Source: Negaprion brevirostris
Lineage: Eukaryota
Assembly: GCA_030324005.1 (NCBI GenBank)
Contig: JARDVH010000157.1
Location: 7,285,529 to 7,349,528, forward strand
DNA length: 64,000 bases
Reading direction: 5' to 3'
Every line of letters begins with the position of its first letter. Position 1 is the stretch's first letter. Shown here piece by piece: positions 1 to 10,500 of the stretch. The notes beneath the pieces were generated by a model. It saw nothing but the letters and a program-made list of their open reading frames with translations. It had not been told where the DNA came from and did no database searches. A program made the position numbers and the translations under genes.

Positions 1-1966
1 CACTGGATAAAATCTTCCAGTTTTAATGAAATCCTGATCAATTTCCTTCACACCCCTTTTCCCAGTATATGTCATTCAATACACAAGAGTACTTACCACC
101 CAACAATAGTGGAAGGAACACCATTCAGTATATAATAATAATTGGTATATTTCATCACAGGACTTGCCAATAAAGATATGATTAAACAGAGCATGTTCTG
201 CTGAAGCAATAAGTCATAAGAAAAAAACGAGTAGCTAAGAAATGAAGAAAAAGTTTGAAAAATTCTTCCCTCTGAGGTGGTGTCTGTTTATATTGATCCT
301 TTATTGCACTGGGACCTCTTTCACCAGCTGTACTTCCTCCTGCTAAAATAGATTATCGGATATTTGAATACTACATAAATCCACGCTTTCATTCATGGCG
401 GTGTCATTTAACTGGCCTTAAAGATTTGTTCCAGGCAAATGTATGACAAAATGCTTGTAAAGTATCTTTAACACTGCCTTAAGTAGGATGATTATTTTTG
501 GTAGACCTGCCATGATGATGAGAACTGCACATAAAATTGCTCTGGATTATATTCAACAACAACAACAGCCAGCTGCTTTCTTAGTTATTTTCTGGAATAA
601 AGAGGCTTGGCTGGCAGGGAATAATAGTTGCTGGAAACTCTACTACCTTTGTGGATCATTAAAATTAATGAAAAGATCAGACTTCTATAAACACGACTTG
701 GCACAGCCATTTCAACTCTGATCAAAATGAAAGTGCATGTAATCGCTAAGAACTGGACAATCACTAATGTTTCATATCGATCCACCTTGCAGTTTGTCCT
801 CGCATTTACTTACCGATAGATGAGGTTGGGACCTTAAACTCTCTGGCTGAACTTTTATTTTTCTGAATTGGAGCTTAAGTTCTGTCATTTACATTGTTCA
901 CATTTTATAAGGCCTGGCAGTTCCAAAACTAGAACATTGTACTGTTTCATCCTGATTGCCATTTGTTTCTGGCATTCCCTTTGAGGGTAAATTTGGCTGG
1001 AGAGAAAATGATGATTCAGAATGGTTTCTGTTGATTCCAGCTGAGAAATGATGTCTTCCAGGTCATTGTTTGATTGGATTGCCATGTTCCATTTCAAATA
1101 TCATTGGAGAGAAATTGTTGTGGTATAATCTTACTACATTAAAGGCGTTGCATAAATATAATGGCATGGACCATTCCGTTACCTGAAAAGGCTGTCCCAG
1201 TGAAACACCAGCCCAGTCAATATACAACAATTATTAAATATTTATTAATTTAAAAGAAAAATACACAACAAAAGGACTACATTACTCAAGTAAATGAATA
1301 ACTAACCATGCACGCAGTTTGTCAGAATCACCTCTTGTTCCAAAAATATATCTACAATCGCTAAATTCCCTCAGACAGTCCTTTCCTTAATAACATCCAA
1401 ATTAAATAAATATGTTTGTCAAATCCAGCTTTATAGTTACCACACAATACAGGTTAATCAAGGAAATGACATTTCCTGATCCAGTTATTTAAATTACAAA
1501 GTTACAAAGATTTTATTACAGTGACTTGGCTCTAAGATTTTGATGCAACACCATAACATCTCTGAGAAGTGAAATATGTTACAGGACCACTTGGCTGTGA
1601 AATGGGTCCGAGCTTCTAGGCTGAGCGTGCAGGACTAGCTTCTGACTATGAGGTGTGGACTGGCTTCTGTGCATTTGAGGGGGATAACAGTTTTACTGAT
1701 TCCCCTTATGTTATTTCAGACTTGAGAGTCCACATATCTCAAATTATTTCCTTCTGCAGAGTTTAGCATTTAAAGCCCTGAATCACCCCGCCATTTACAT
1801 AAACAGTGTCTGCTTGGCAAACTTAATATTACAATAGCAGTCATCTAAACTTGTTTTCGTATTAGAGCAATTTGCACCTGATCATCTTTAGGTGCTCTCA
1901 TATCTGGGAAATGCCCTGAACATTTTTAGAGGTTTGCCTGCCCCTGGAAAAAACAAAATAAAGTTC

Positions 1967-2325
1967 ATTTATTAGTTGCAAGTAGGCTTACATTAACACT
2001 GCAATGAAGTTATTCTGAAAGTGCTTTGACAAAGGGTCATCTAGACTCGATGTCAACTCTTTTCTCTTCTTACAAGTGCTGCCAGACCTACTGAGATTTT
2101 CCAGTGTTTTCTCTTTTGGTTTCAAATTCCAGCATCTGCAGTAATTTGCTTTTATGAGGGAGAATCCAAAATGGCCAATGCACTTAACCAGCTCGTCTTT
2201 CAGACTAGAAGGAAACCCACATAAGCACGGGGAGAATGTGCAGATTCTGCACAAACAGCAGTCCAAGACTGGGACTCGAACCCTGATCCCTGGCGCTTGA
2301 GGCAGCAGTGCTAACCACTGTGTTG
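1967..2325 (-). mobile_element. HE1/V-SINE-like SINE (tail type B) interrupted by a Penelope-derived fragment at about 2021-2154
   Basis: tRNA-like head ...gaggcagcagtgctaaccactgtg, tail ttattag..caagtaggcttacattaacactgcaatgaag, with an insert ctttgacaaagggtcatctagactcga...ttccagcatctgcag. Confidence 0.75.
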
Positions 2326-3469
2326 AAATGCTAGCTATTACTGTTGGCAGGTTTCTCCCCTTCAGGACTTTCTTCCTTCTCGTTACTGTTGCTAGGCAGA
2401 TTTTTGACAAGATGTTAAAAAGGTTATAAATTAAAGAAATGATCATAAACCCTGTGAACACTAGCTTGAGTCCTGTTTGTATATTTGGATTTTTTTTTAG
2501 GAGTTTAGTTTTAGTATTAGAGATCCTAGTTACAGTACAAAAGGAAAAATCCCCATCACTCCTTGTATGCATATTCAGAGATGGAACTTATCTCAATGTG
2601 ATTACCAAAACCGCAATGTGGTATGCAGGCAGTCACACAGTTATGTACACCAATATAGTACTTGCACTGAATCTCAGAGTCACTCATTTATATTTAAATC
2701 CCATTTCTTGCTTGATGTTCAAAATTGCATCGCACTAAGTAGATTGTTGTTTTGCAAGTGGCTGTGATGCCAGTGATTTCTGTGCCTGGTATTATGCATC
2801 CAGAAGCTTTAAAGACTATGCCATGGTGGATTTCTTTAGGTGTTTTCAACTAATCTCTAACTAATAAAGCATATTTATATTCATCCTCCTATATTATCTG
2901 TCTGTCCTGCTCAGCTTTCAACAGTTGGCGTATTTTGATTGACTGCAAATGCTGAACGTGTGACTAGGTTCTTTTCAGCAGGCTGTGTCGTGGTTGGAAG
3001 TGTATAAAATAGTTTTTCTTAACCCTTGGAAAGATGAGTGCAATAATGCAGAATTTTACAGATATGGGGAAACAGGTTTATTTAACTGAGTAGAAATTGT
3101 GTAGAAATGCGATAAAAGGGTGCTGGAAACTTTGCCGGTTGGACTTCTGCTTGGTTTTAAGTATTCTTGAAACTGCACGCTGAACGGCTTAACAAATTAG
3201 CCCTAAAGCAGAAAATTCCAATGGAATGAGTCAAAATTGTTTAACTGTGGCAAATTTTAATTGCTGTTGAATCTATGGACTTTGTTACATATCAGTCAAT
3301 ACCATTACCAGTAGTAATGACGCCAGTGGTTGAATGGCCAACTGACTTTCATTGTCAAAGCTCATGTTTTTAATAGGAAGGTTGTTGAGGCATTGGAGGA
3401 TGCTCATCAAGCAAGTTTCCAGCCGGAACCATGGGGAAGAATGGGAGAAAATTGCAAGAAGGTCGAAAC

Positions 3470-3815
3470 CAGATCATTGAGTCCCTACTGTGCAGAAGCA
3501 GGCCATTCGGCCCACCAAGTCTGCACTGACTCTCTGATAGAGTATCCCATCCAGACCCTATCCCAGTAACTCTACATATTTACCCCAATAATCCTCGCCC
3601 CCTCCAAGAAAATTTTTTTNNNNNNNNNNNNNNNNCTAACCTGCATATCTTGGGATTGAAGGAGGAAACCAGAGCACCTGGAGGAAATCCGGGCATCTGG
3701 AGGAAACCCACACCCAGACAATGGAATATGCAAACTCCACACAGAGAGTGACCCAAGCTGGGAATTGGACCCGGGTCCATGGTGCTGTGAGGCAGCAGTG
3801 CTCACCACTGTGCCA
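3470..3815 (-). mobile_element. HE1/V-SINE (CR1/HER1-type tail, type A)
   Basis: Head tgtgaggcagcagtgctcaccactgtgcca, core gaaaccagagcacctggaggaaa, tail cctactgtgcagaagcaggccattcggccc. Confidence 0.85.
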
Positions 3816-4224
3816 TTATTTTGCCCAGATCGCCAGATTAATTTTTATTCATTCATGGGACATGAGCATCACTGGCTGACCAGCGCTTATTGCCCATCCC
3901 TGGTTGCCCTTATGTTGCATAAAGATATTACAACTGCTGGTCTACTATATGTGGTATAAAAAGAACTCTGATTTCTTTAGATTCCACTATATTAGCTCCA
4001 GACGACTTTTTAAAATCAGTACAGGCAGTATTCATTAACTGTAATGGCCTCATGGTGTATAGAGTGATGCTATAACATTAGTCCCAGAGACCTCACTTAA
4101 CACAAACTTACACAAACCAGAATATTGTGTTCACCCTGAAAAAATTTAGTCATAAAATGGCAGGTATCCAGGTAGTTCATCATTGGGAGTACCGAGACAG
4201 CTCTTTGATACAATTAGAAAGAAA

Positions 4225-4635
4225 TAATGCTCATTTATATACGGCCTTATTGCATCTCTCAGTAAAGCCCAAAAGCGCTTCATGTATTGTGAATTACTAG
4301 GAATTGAGGTCAGTGTTACGCAGATGAATGTGACAAACCTTGTGCGCTAGAATATCCGATAAGACAGCAATGAGATGAGTAGATAATCTAGTTTTGGTGG
4401 TGTTGGTTTGAGAGAATTTTCTGCAGTTCGTCAAATTGTTCCATGGGATCTCTAAGGTGAAATACTGAAAGAGGCAGGCAGAGTTTTGTTTCAACTTTAC
4501 CTCTGTAGGGTGCAATCTGTGACATTGCAGTGCACCCTCTTCAGTTTCAACTAGGTCCACACACAATGTCCAAAATGAAGCTTGAACTTGTGGCCTACTG
4601 ACTTAAATGAGGATGCTATTAAGCTAACTGCGACA
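4225..4635 (-). mobile_element. Old DeuSINE-like (SacSINE1/AmnSINE1-related) SINE
   Basis: ccatgggatctct...gaggcaggcagag...tctgtgacattgcagtgcaccctcttcagt resembles the Deu domain, with an L2-like tail tgctcatttatatacggcc. Similar to 29530-29712. Confidence 0.55.
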
Positions 4636-5263
4636 ATAGGTGACAGTGCAACACTGTTGTTAGCCAGTAGTAAAATCTGAGCATCATGAAACCGATCAAA
4701 GGGCATTCCGAATCACTGGCTATTGGGTTGACCCAATTATTTTCTCTGCACTTATTCTGAACGGGAGTGGTATCTAAGATCGTGGTCAGAATTTGGCAAT
4801 TTTTTTTTTATCTGTAATGATGATCAGTTCTGTTGTTAGCAACACCTGAGATTTGATATCTGTAGGAATATGCTGCTGTGGGTGGGTGTGTAAGCATATT
4901 TACAAAGAAATACCAGAACACAACTTTGGTCCTTTATTCAGTGGAGTTCCTTTATCATAGTTGAAGCTGAATGAAGGTGATGCAGTTATCAGTGTAGAGG
5001 ATGGAAAAATTAGATTGTGTCTCAGGATCATCCAGTACATCACCTGAATGATCGCTATCTTGATCGTAGCCGATAATTGGGTTGGGGTGAAAATGGCAAG
5101 CTCTTTGCATTTGTGATGGGTTTCACATCTTTTCTTTGCCTCACTTTTTCTTTGCTTCTCGCTCTCCTTCAGCAAATCAAAGTGCATAGGTGCATATTTG
5201 GAATGTACTGTTTTGCGAAGATAATTTTGTAATCTTTTCTGTTTTGTTTGTTTGTTTTTCCAG

Positions 5264-5408
5264 CAGTTACTAACATTTTGGGGTTGTTGGAGTGGCCGGA
5301 TTTTTTCTGGAATTGAGCATTAAATTCAGAAGACTGAAGCCCAGGCTTACTGTCTACCTTTCACGGAGGCCAAGCCGTGAGAGGACAGAGGAAGGAACGT
5401 GGCGAATC
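5264..5408 (+). other. RERE: 5' UTR portion of the RERE first coding exon, with tandem CAGCAG acceptor (exon start 5264 or 5267)
   Basis: Long polypyrimidine tract (tcttttctgttttgtttgtttgtttttc) followed by cagcag at 5261-5266. No ATG before 5409. Confidence 0.8.
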
Positions 5409-5709
5409 ATGACAGCAGATAAAGAGAAAGATCGTGATCGGGACAAGGAGAGAGATAGAAGGGATAAGCGAGAGAATGAACATTCCAGGCCACGTCGCAG
5501 CTGCACTTTGGAAGGAGGTGCTAAGAATTATGCAGAAAGTGATCACACTGAAGACGAAGAAAATGACAAAGACAGTGCCACTAATGAGGAAGCTGGGAAA
5601 AAGTCTAAAATAAAGAAACCGCCGAAAAAGAAATCGCGTTATGAGAGAGCGGAGACCGGTGATATAACTTCGTTTGTGACAGAGGATGATGTTATCTACA
5701 GGCCTGGAG
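5409..5709 (+). CDS. RERE: RERE (atrophin-2) first coding exon: [18 protein letters not shown]...[21 protein letters not shown]...[31 protein letters not shown]
   Basis: The translation matches the vertebrate RERE N-terminus (RE/RD dipeptide run, [33 protein letters not shown]). It ends in phase 1 at GAG|GCAAGT and joins in frame (G+AT=Asp) to the exon at 40469. Confidence 0.96.
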
Positions 5710-5797
5710 GCAAGTAGTACTTCATGACTGATCTTTTGGATAATGTTAAAAAGACAGTAATGGGTGTCAAGATTACAAGGTAGCAGTCTTGTCAAGC

Positions 5798-5885
5798 GGT
5801 TCAGATGACCTCATGAACTTCAAGTATAACTTGAGCCAACTTTAATGGTCACTTAAGCCCCAATTTCAGATTATGACCTTGAAAT
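5798..5885. promoter_or_regulatory. Cluster of nuclear-receptor half-sites: DR2 AGTTCAtgAGGTCA and TCAAGGTCA, both on the minus strand
   Basis: GGTTCAgaTGACCTcaTGAACT at 5798-5819 and TGACCTTGA at 5874-5882. Motif match only. Confidence 0.4.
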
Positions 5886-7594
5886 CACTTGGTAGCTCTT
5901 TGCCCCTCTCTTTTTCTCCCTAGAGTAAATCGGTATTGTGATGACATCGCCTCCATGCAGCTAGTGTGTAATGACCATATCAAAGGTTGAACAATTGATT
6001 CAATTATTTGTAGTTTATTGAAATATTTTGCAGTTTGATTCTGAGAAAGTATTGCAATATATGATGCTTAAACAATAATTCATTGTTGGCATGTTTTGTG
6101 TTGAGGAATCATAAAATAGAACGCAGCAAATTGCCATTTGACACTCCCATCGCTATATCAGAAAGTCCTACTACCTCAACATATTTTCTGCTGGCATGCT
6201 AAAGAACTTTGGGCCAAAAGCCAGATTTGGAGTTGGACTTTTTACATACACTGAGCATGTTAATTTCTAATCCTGAATCGTAAAGAGGATTGAGATTTTT
6301 TTTGGTTTTAAACGGGAAAGTTTTCACACATTGATGTAACCTATTGTCTGCATAAACATTTCTCTCTCTCTCAGATTTCAGCACTGATTAAGTTATTGTG
6401 GAGCCACATATTGGCTTTGCAAGTTGATGGTTTGACAAATGTAAATTCGTTATGGTGACTTTTGAACTCGTTCAGATTAGACATTAATGGCAGCCAGTGT
6501 CCCCCAGGTTAGAAATTGTGAAGCTAATACAGCATAGCTAAATCCATTCATGCTTGGACACCATTGCTTAATTCCAGTTTCAGACTGCTTTTGATATGTG
6601 AATTTTACAATGATCTAACTGTTCACCCTAGTGTCTCCTCTGTGTGTAAATGCCACCTTGTGCTGAGCTGTGGATTTACATCAGGAGGAAGGGGTCAAAA
6701 TGATTCAAGTACTTTTTTTTAGTTTTGTTCTTTTTGTCCTTTCTGGAAATGTTGTTGATTTTGTCGATTTCCTCGTGATAGGACGGGGAGAGAAGATGCT
6801 GTCCAACACCTCCCATTTGTAACATGCTTGACAATCAACTGATTTGGCTGTGGGGAAACATGACAGCTGAGCGTGATTCATTAATTCCCCAATGTCCAGA
6901 TACCTGTTCAGCAAGGATCGCTAGCTTATGGATCAGCAGTGGAAACACTGGTTGATTTACTTCAGGGCCACCTGGGCTATCTGTAATGCTTCTGAAGTCA
7001 AGGTCAGGGTGAAATGCCCGTATGCTGCACAGCTACTTCTGAGGAACCATTTTGAATTGTGTTAAGTATAGTGTATGCTCAAGATAGGCTTTGTTAATCT
7101 GCAGTTTTCAAGTCTTTTTCACGAGAACAGATGTACTGTAATTAGAAGCTGCAGGTTTTGGTCTCTTTGACATGAGCCATGACTTCTAATCTGTAGCTTT
7201 GACACCATATGTACATTGTACTGAAATTTAATTGAGTTTGCAGTTTTAAAGCTGTCACTTTACACAGCAAATTAAATTTAGAATAACCCTTATTTTAAAA
7301 TTTTAATTTCCTGCAACAGCTTTTATTTGTATAGTTCATTTTAACACAGAAAATCTCCCAGATAATGGAAAAAGTCAAGTGTTTTACAAGTGGCTACAAT
7401 GTTAGAACTGACTGAAACCATGTTGTTTATTGCAATACAACAGCAAAATATTTTAATGCTGCCTCTCTGTTAGCTGTTGATGTATCTCAAGGTTGGTTGA
7501 ACGTCACCTTTATTTTTGAAGATAGGTTCTTTATATGAAAGTACTGTGGTGGTAAACACGGGTAGTTACCAGAAATGGAAAAGCCAAGATCAAA

Positions 7595-7845
7595 TTCTCC
7601 CCGCGTTTGTGTGGGTTTCCTCTGGGTGCCCTCCCACAGTCCAAAGATGTGCAGGTTAGATAGATTGGCCATGCTAAATTGCCCCTTAGCGTCCAACGAT
7701 GTGTGGGTGAGGGGGAACTAGTGGGATAAATGCATGAGGTTACGGTGGTAGGACAGGGAATGAGTCTGGGTAAGAAGCTCTGTCGGAGAGTCTTTGCAGA
7801 CTCGATGGGTTGAATGGCCTCCCTATTCTGCACTAAGAATTCTCT
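7595..7845 (+). mobile_element. 5'-truncated HE1/V-SINE (type A)
   Basis: ctcccacagtccaaagatgtgcaggttag...attggccatgctaaattgcccc...gaatggcctcc. Confidence 0.85.
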
Positions 7846-8149
7846 GATTTAAATGAAAAGCTCAAATTGGAAGAAGTGGAAAACCTAAAGTTGATTTATC
7901 CTTGCCTGCGCTCATGAAATTATAGAAACTATTCAATATTTTCTGTTATTTCTCTTGATAGCTCATTTGTCTGAAAGTAGCAGCACTGTAATAGTTTTAT
8001 TCCCTGCGTTTTGCGGAAAAATGTTTTGGGAGAGATACTGCTGTGGATACTAAAGGACGATACGTTGTTGACCCTTATTTAAGTTGGTTGGGCTTTGAGA
8101 TTTTGACGTGGTTAACTACTACTAGCAGATGCACTGATGANNNNNNNNN

Positions 8150-10065
8150 NAAATCTGAAATTCTTCAGCCAGTTGGCAGCCTCCTCCTTAGCTTGGTGTA
8201 GGACAGTGAGACTGCTGCTGAAGTACAGGTCGGGGCACTTGTTGATTGTATACACCATGGTCTGCACTTTACCACAGCTGCACAGCGGGGAGTCATGGTC
8301 GCCCCAATGGAAGGGGTTGCGTCAGGGTCTGACTCCAGTGAGGAAAACCCACTCAGTTTGACCAGTTTGCATCTTGGGCAGTTGAAGCGTTGGATTTCTG
8401 ACGTGAGATAATCAGCCAGTGCTGATTCTGTGCTGGGTTGTTGGTGTTTTGCCACAGGTCCTTCCACAAAACTTCAGCAGAACTGCCTCACTCGGGTAAA
8501 TTGGCCCAGTTTGGCTGCTTTGAGATGAGGTGTTTGCTGGGTGGGTGATGTCTTCTACCAGTGGCTGTTCTGGATTTTTGTGCACTCTTTCCAGCAACTG
8601 TGCTGTGCAAGCTTCATGATGGATTTGTGGTGGTATGGTGTTGCAGAGTGCAGGTAACCAATTTGTGTTTGTTGACCAGATTGCTGCTGAGATGGTCTCA
8701 TTCAGCTGGACATCTACTAGTTTGCAGTGCACATGGTTCTTCCAGACGGAAGTGCAGTACTCAGCTGCTGAGTGCCAGAGAGCCAAAGAGGAGGTCTTAA
8801 AATTCAGGTGTTGGTTCCTCAGGAGGCTCCTGTTAGTTTGTTAATGAGATGGTTGTGAGTCTTCAGTTTAGCTGTGACTTTCTAGAGGCTTGAAGGACAG
8901 CATGCGCTCCAAAATGTCACCAGGGTGAGTGGGTGTAGTAGGATGGTGTTTGAAGCAACTGCTGTTCAGCAGGGGTCAAATTTTTGCATTGTCAAGATGG
9001 TAGACACATGATACCATTTCGGTAGCACTTGGTTTGAGGCACTAGTTTTACAGTAGCCAGAGAGTTTACTAAGGTTGTCATTAAGAGCAGTGCCAGTGAA
9101 ATCCCTTGCTTGGCAAGCACAGCAGAAGTCAACAGCATAGATGAACTTGCAGCTACACGTGGCTGGCAGGTCAGTTATGTACATGGTTGAGGGTCAGTAC
9201 TGGTCTTTGATGTTGGCCATTTTGCTGTCTCTTCTATATACTGGCTCATGGCCCCATATGGACTCCCCAGTGGAAGGGGTTGTTGTAGTAGAGAAGTGAT
9301 GATATCGACAATCCAGGTGGTTGGGCCTAGAAAGCTTGGCTAGTAGACCTTTATGCAAATAAGTGTCATAGGCTGCAGTGAGATTGAGATGTTTGACTCC
9401 AGTTTTCAGGCACTTCTGAAAACCATTTTCAATGTGGGTGGTGAGGCAGTTATCTGGTCTTTTGTGCTGTGCTCGTTTTTGAATCCAGCTTGGCCTATGG
9501 ATAATCTATCCGCCACGGTGCAAGCTGATGCCTTCTAGCAGCTCAGAAAGAAGAGTTGAAAACTTCATATTAGGCTTGGCGATTGTAATGATCTTAGTTT
9601 TCCATCAAATTTTTGCTTCTCCTGGGTGATTCTGGTCAGGAATACAGAGGGCCATTTTGTTGCCAGAAGACCAAAGTGCTGAAGAAATTCAGTATAGATT
9701 TGATTGTAACCCGCAGCTTAGCCAGGTTTCAGTTTGCTGATTGCACTTCAACTGTGTTTATGGCTTCAGCTGTTTGGGCTGCTCTCAATTCTTTTCCCTT
9801 TTGAAGGACCACCATTCCATGGCAACATTGCGACTATTGCTTGCTCTGGGGAGAGTGCTCTGCACCTTTGACAAGTTGACTAGCTGTTGCACTTGGCGGG
9901 ATGCAGCGCCAATTGGAAGTTGTGGATTGCAGCTAGTTGCTGGATCCATCTTCAACTTTTCAGGCTGGCATGAGTGCAGTCCAGGCTGCTAGTGAGCTCT
10001 TCCCAGTGAGTGCGGCGTGCAATGTGTAGTGTTTCAATGAGATAACTGACAATATCTGGATCGCC
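8150..10065 (-). mobile_element. Decayed Vingi/Ingi-like non-LTR retrotransposon (RT and C-terminal Cys motif)
   Basis: Minus-strand fragments YITDLP...KFIYAVD (degenerate YADD), ALWHSAAEYCTSVWKNHVHCKLVDVQLNET...WLPALCNTIPPQI, and DSPLCSCGKVQTMVYTINKCP. Many stops and frameshifts. Confidence 0.75.
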
Positions 10066-10289
10066 AGATTATTCAAATTCTATGAGTGAACTCTTGGCAT
10101 TCATAGTTGAGTCAAGAAATGCACGTTGGACAAAACCCACTTGATTAACTGTGCTAAGATCAAACCAAANNNNNNNNNNNNNNNNNNNNNNNNNNNNNNN
10201 NNNNNNNNNNNNNNNNNNNNNNNNNNNNNNNNNNNNNNNNNNNNNNNNNNNNNNNNNNNNNNNNNNNNNATTAACTGTGCTAAGATAAA

Positions 10290-10500
10290 ACCAAAATACT
10301 GCGGCTGCTGGAATCTGAAACAAAAACTGAAGATGCTTGAAAATCCCAGCAGTTCTGACAGCATTTGTGGAGAGACAATGGAGCCAGCGTTGAGATCTGG
10401 ATGACCCTTTGTCAGATCTGATGAAGGGTCATCCAGACTCTCAATGTTGGTTCTATTCTCTCTCCGCAGATGCTGTCAGACCTGCTGGGATTTTCCATTG
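10290..10500. mobile_element. Palindromic Penelope-derived element (family 1) with degenerate hammerhead core
   Basis: gaaaatcccagcagttctgacagcatttgtggagagac is inverted against ctctccgcagatgctgtcagacctgctgggattttc. The centre contains ctgatgaagggtcatccagactc. Confidence 0.7.

Noticed and set aside
300-1100. Possible decayed Merlin-like transposase on the minus strand (FSRRKYS motif at about 325-350)
   Set aside because: Only one short motif with stops nearby and no TIR or TSD, which is too weak to support a call.
1170-1960. Possible solo LTR on the minus strand
   Set aside because: LTR-like texture only, with no definable TG..CA ends or TSD.
1988-2572. 194-aa ORF and the many similar ORFs with LCGVCTFSPCL or VWSLHVL motifs
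   Set aside because: These are translations of SINE and Penelope repeats, not genes.
5361-5795. 144-aa antisense ORF over the RERE exon
   Set aside because: It is a shadow of the purine-rich sense exon and encodes no recognisable protein.
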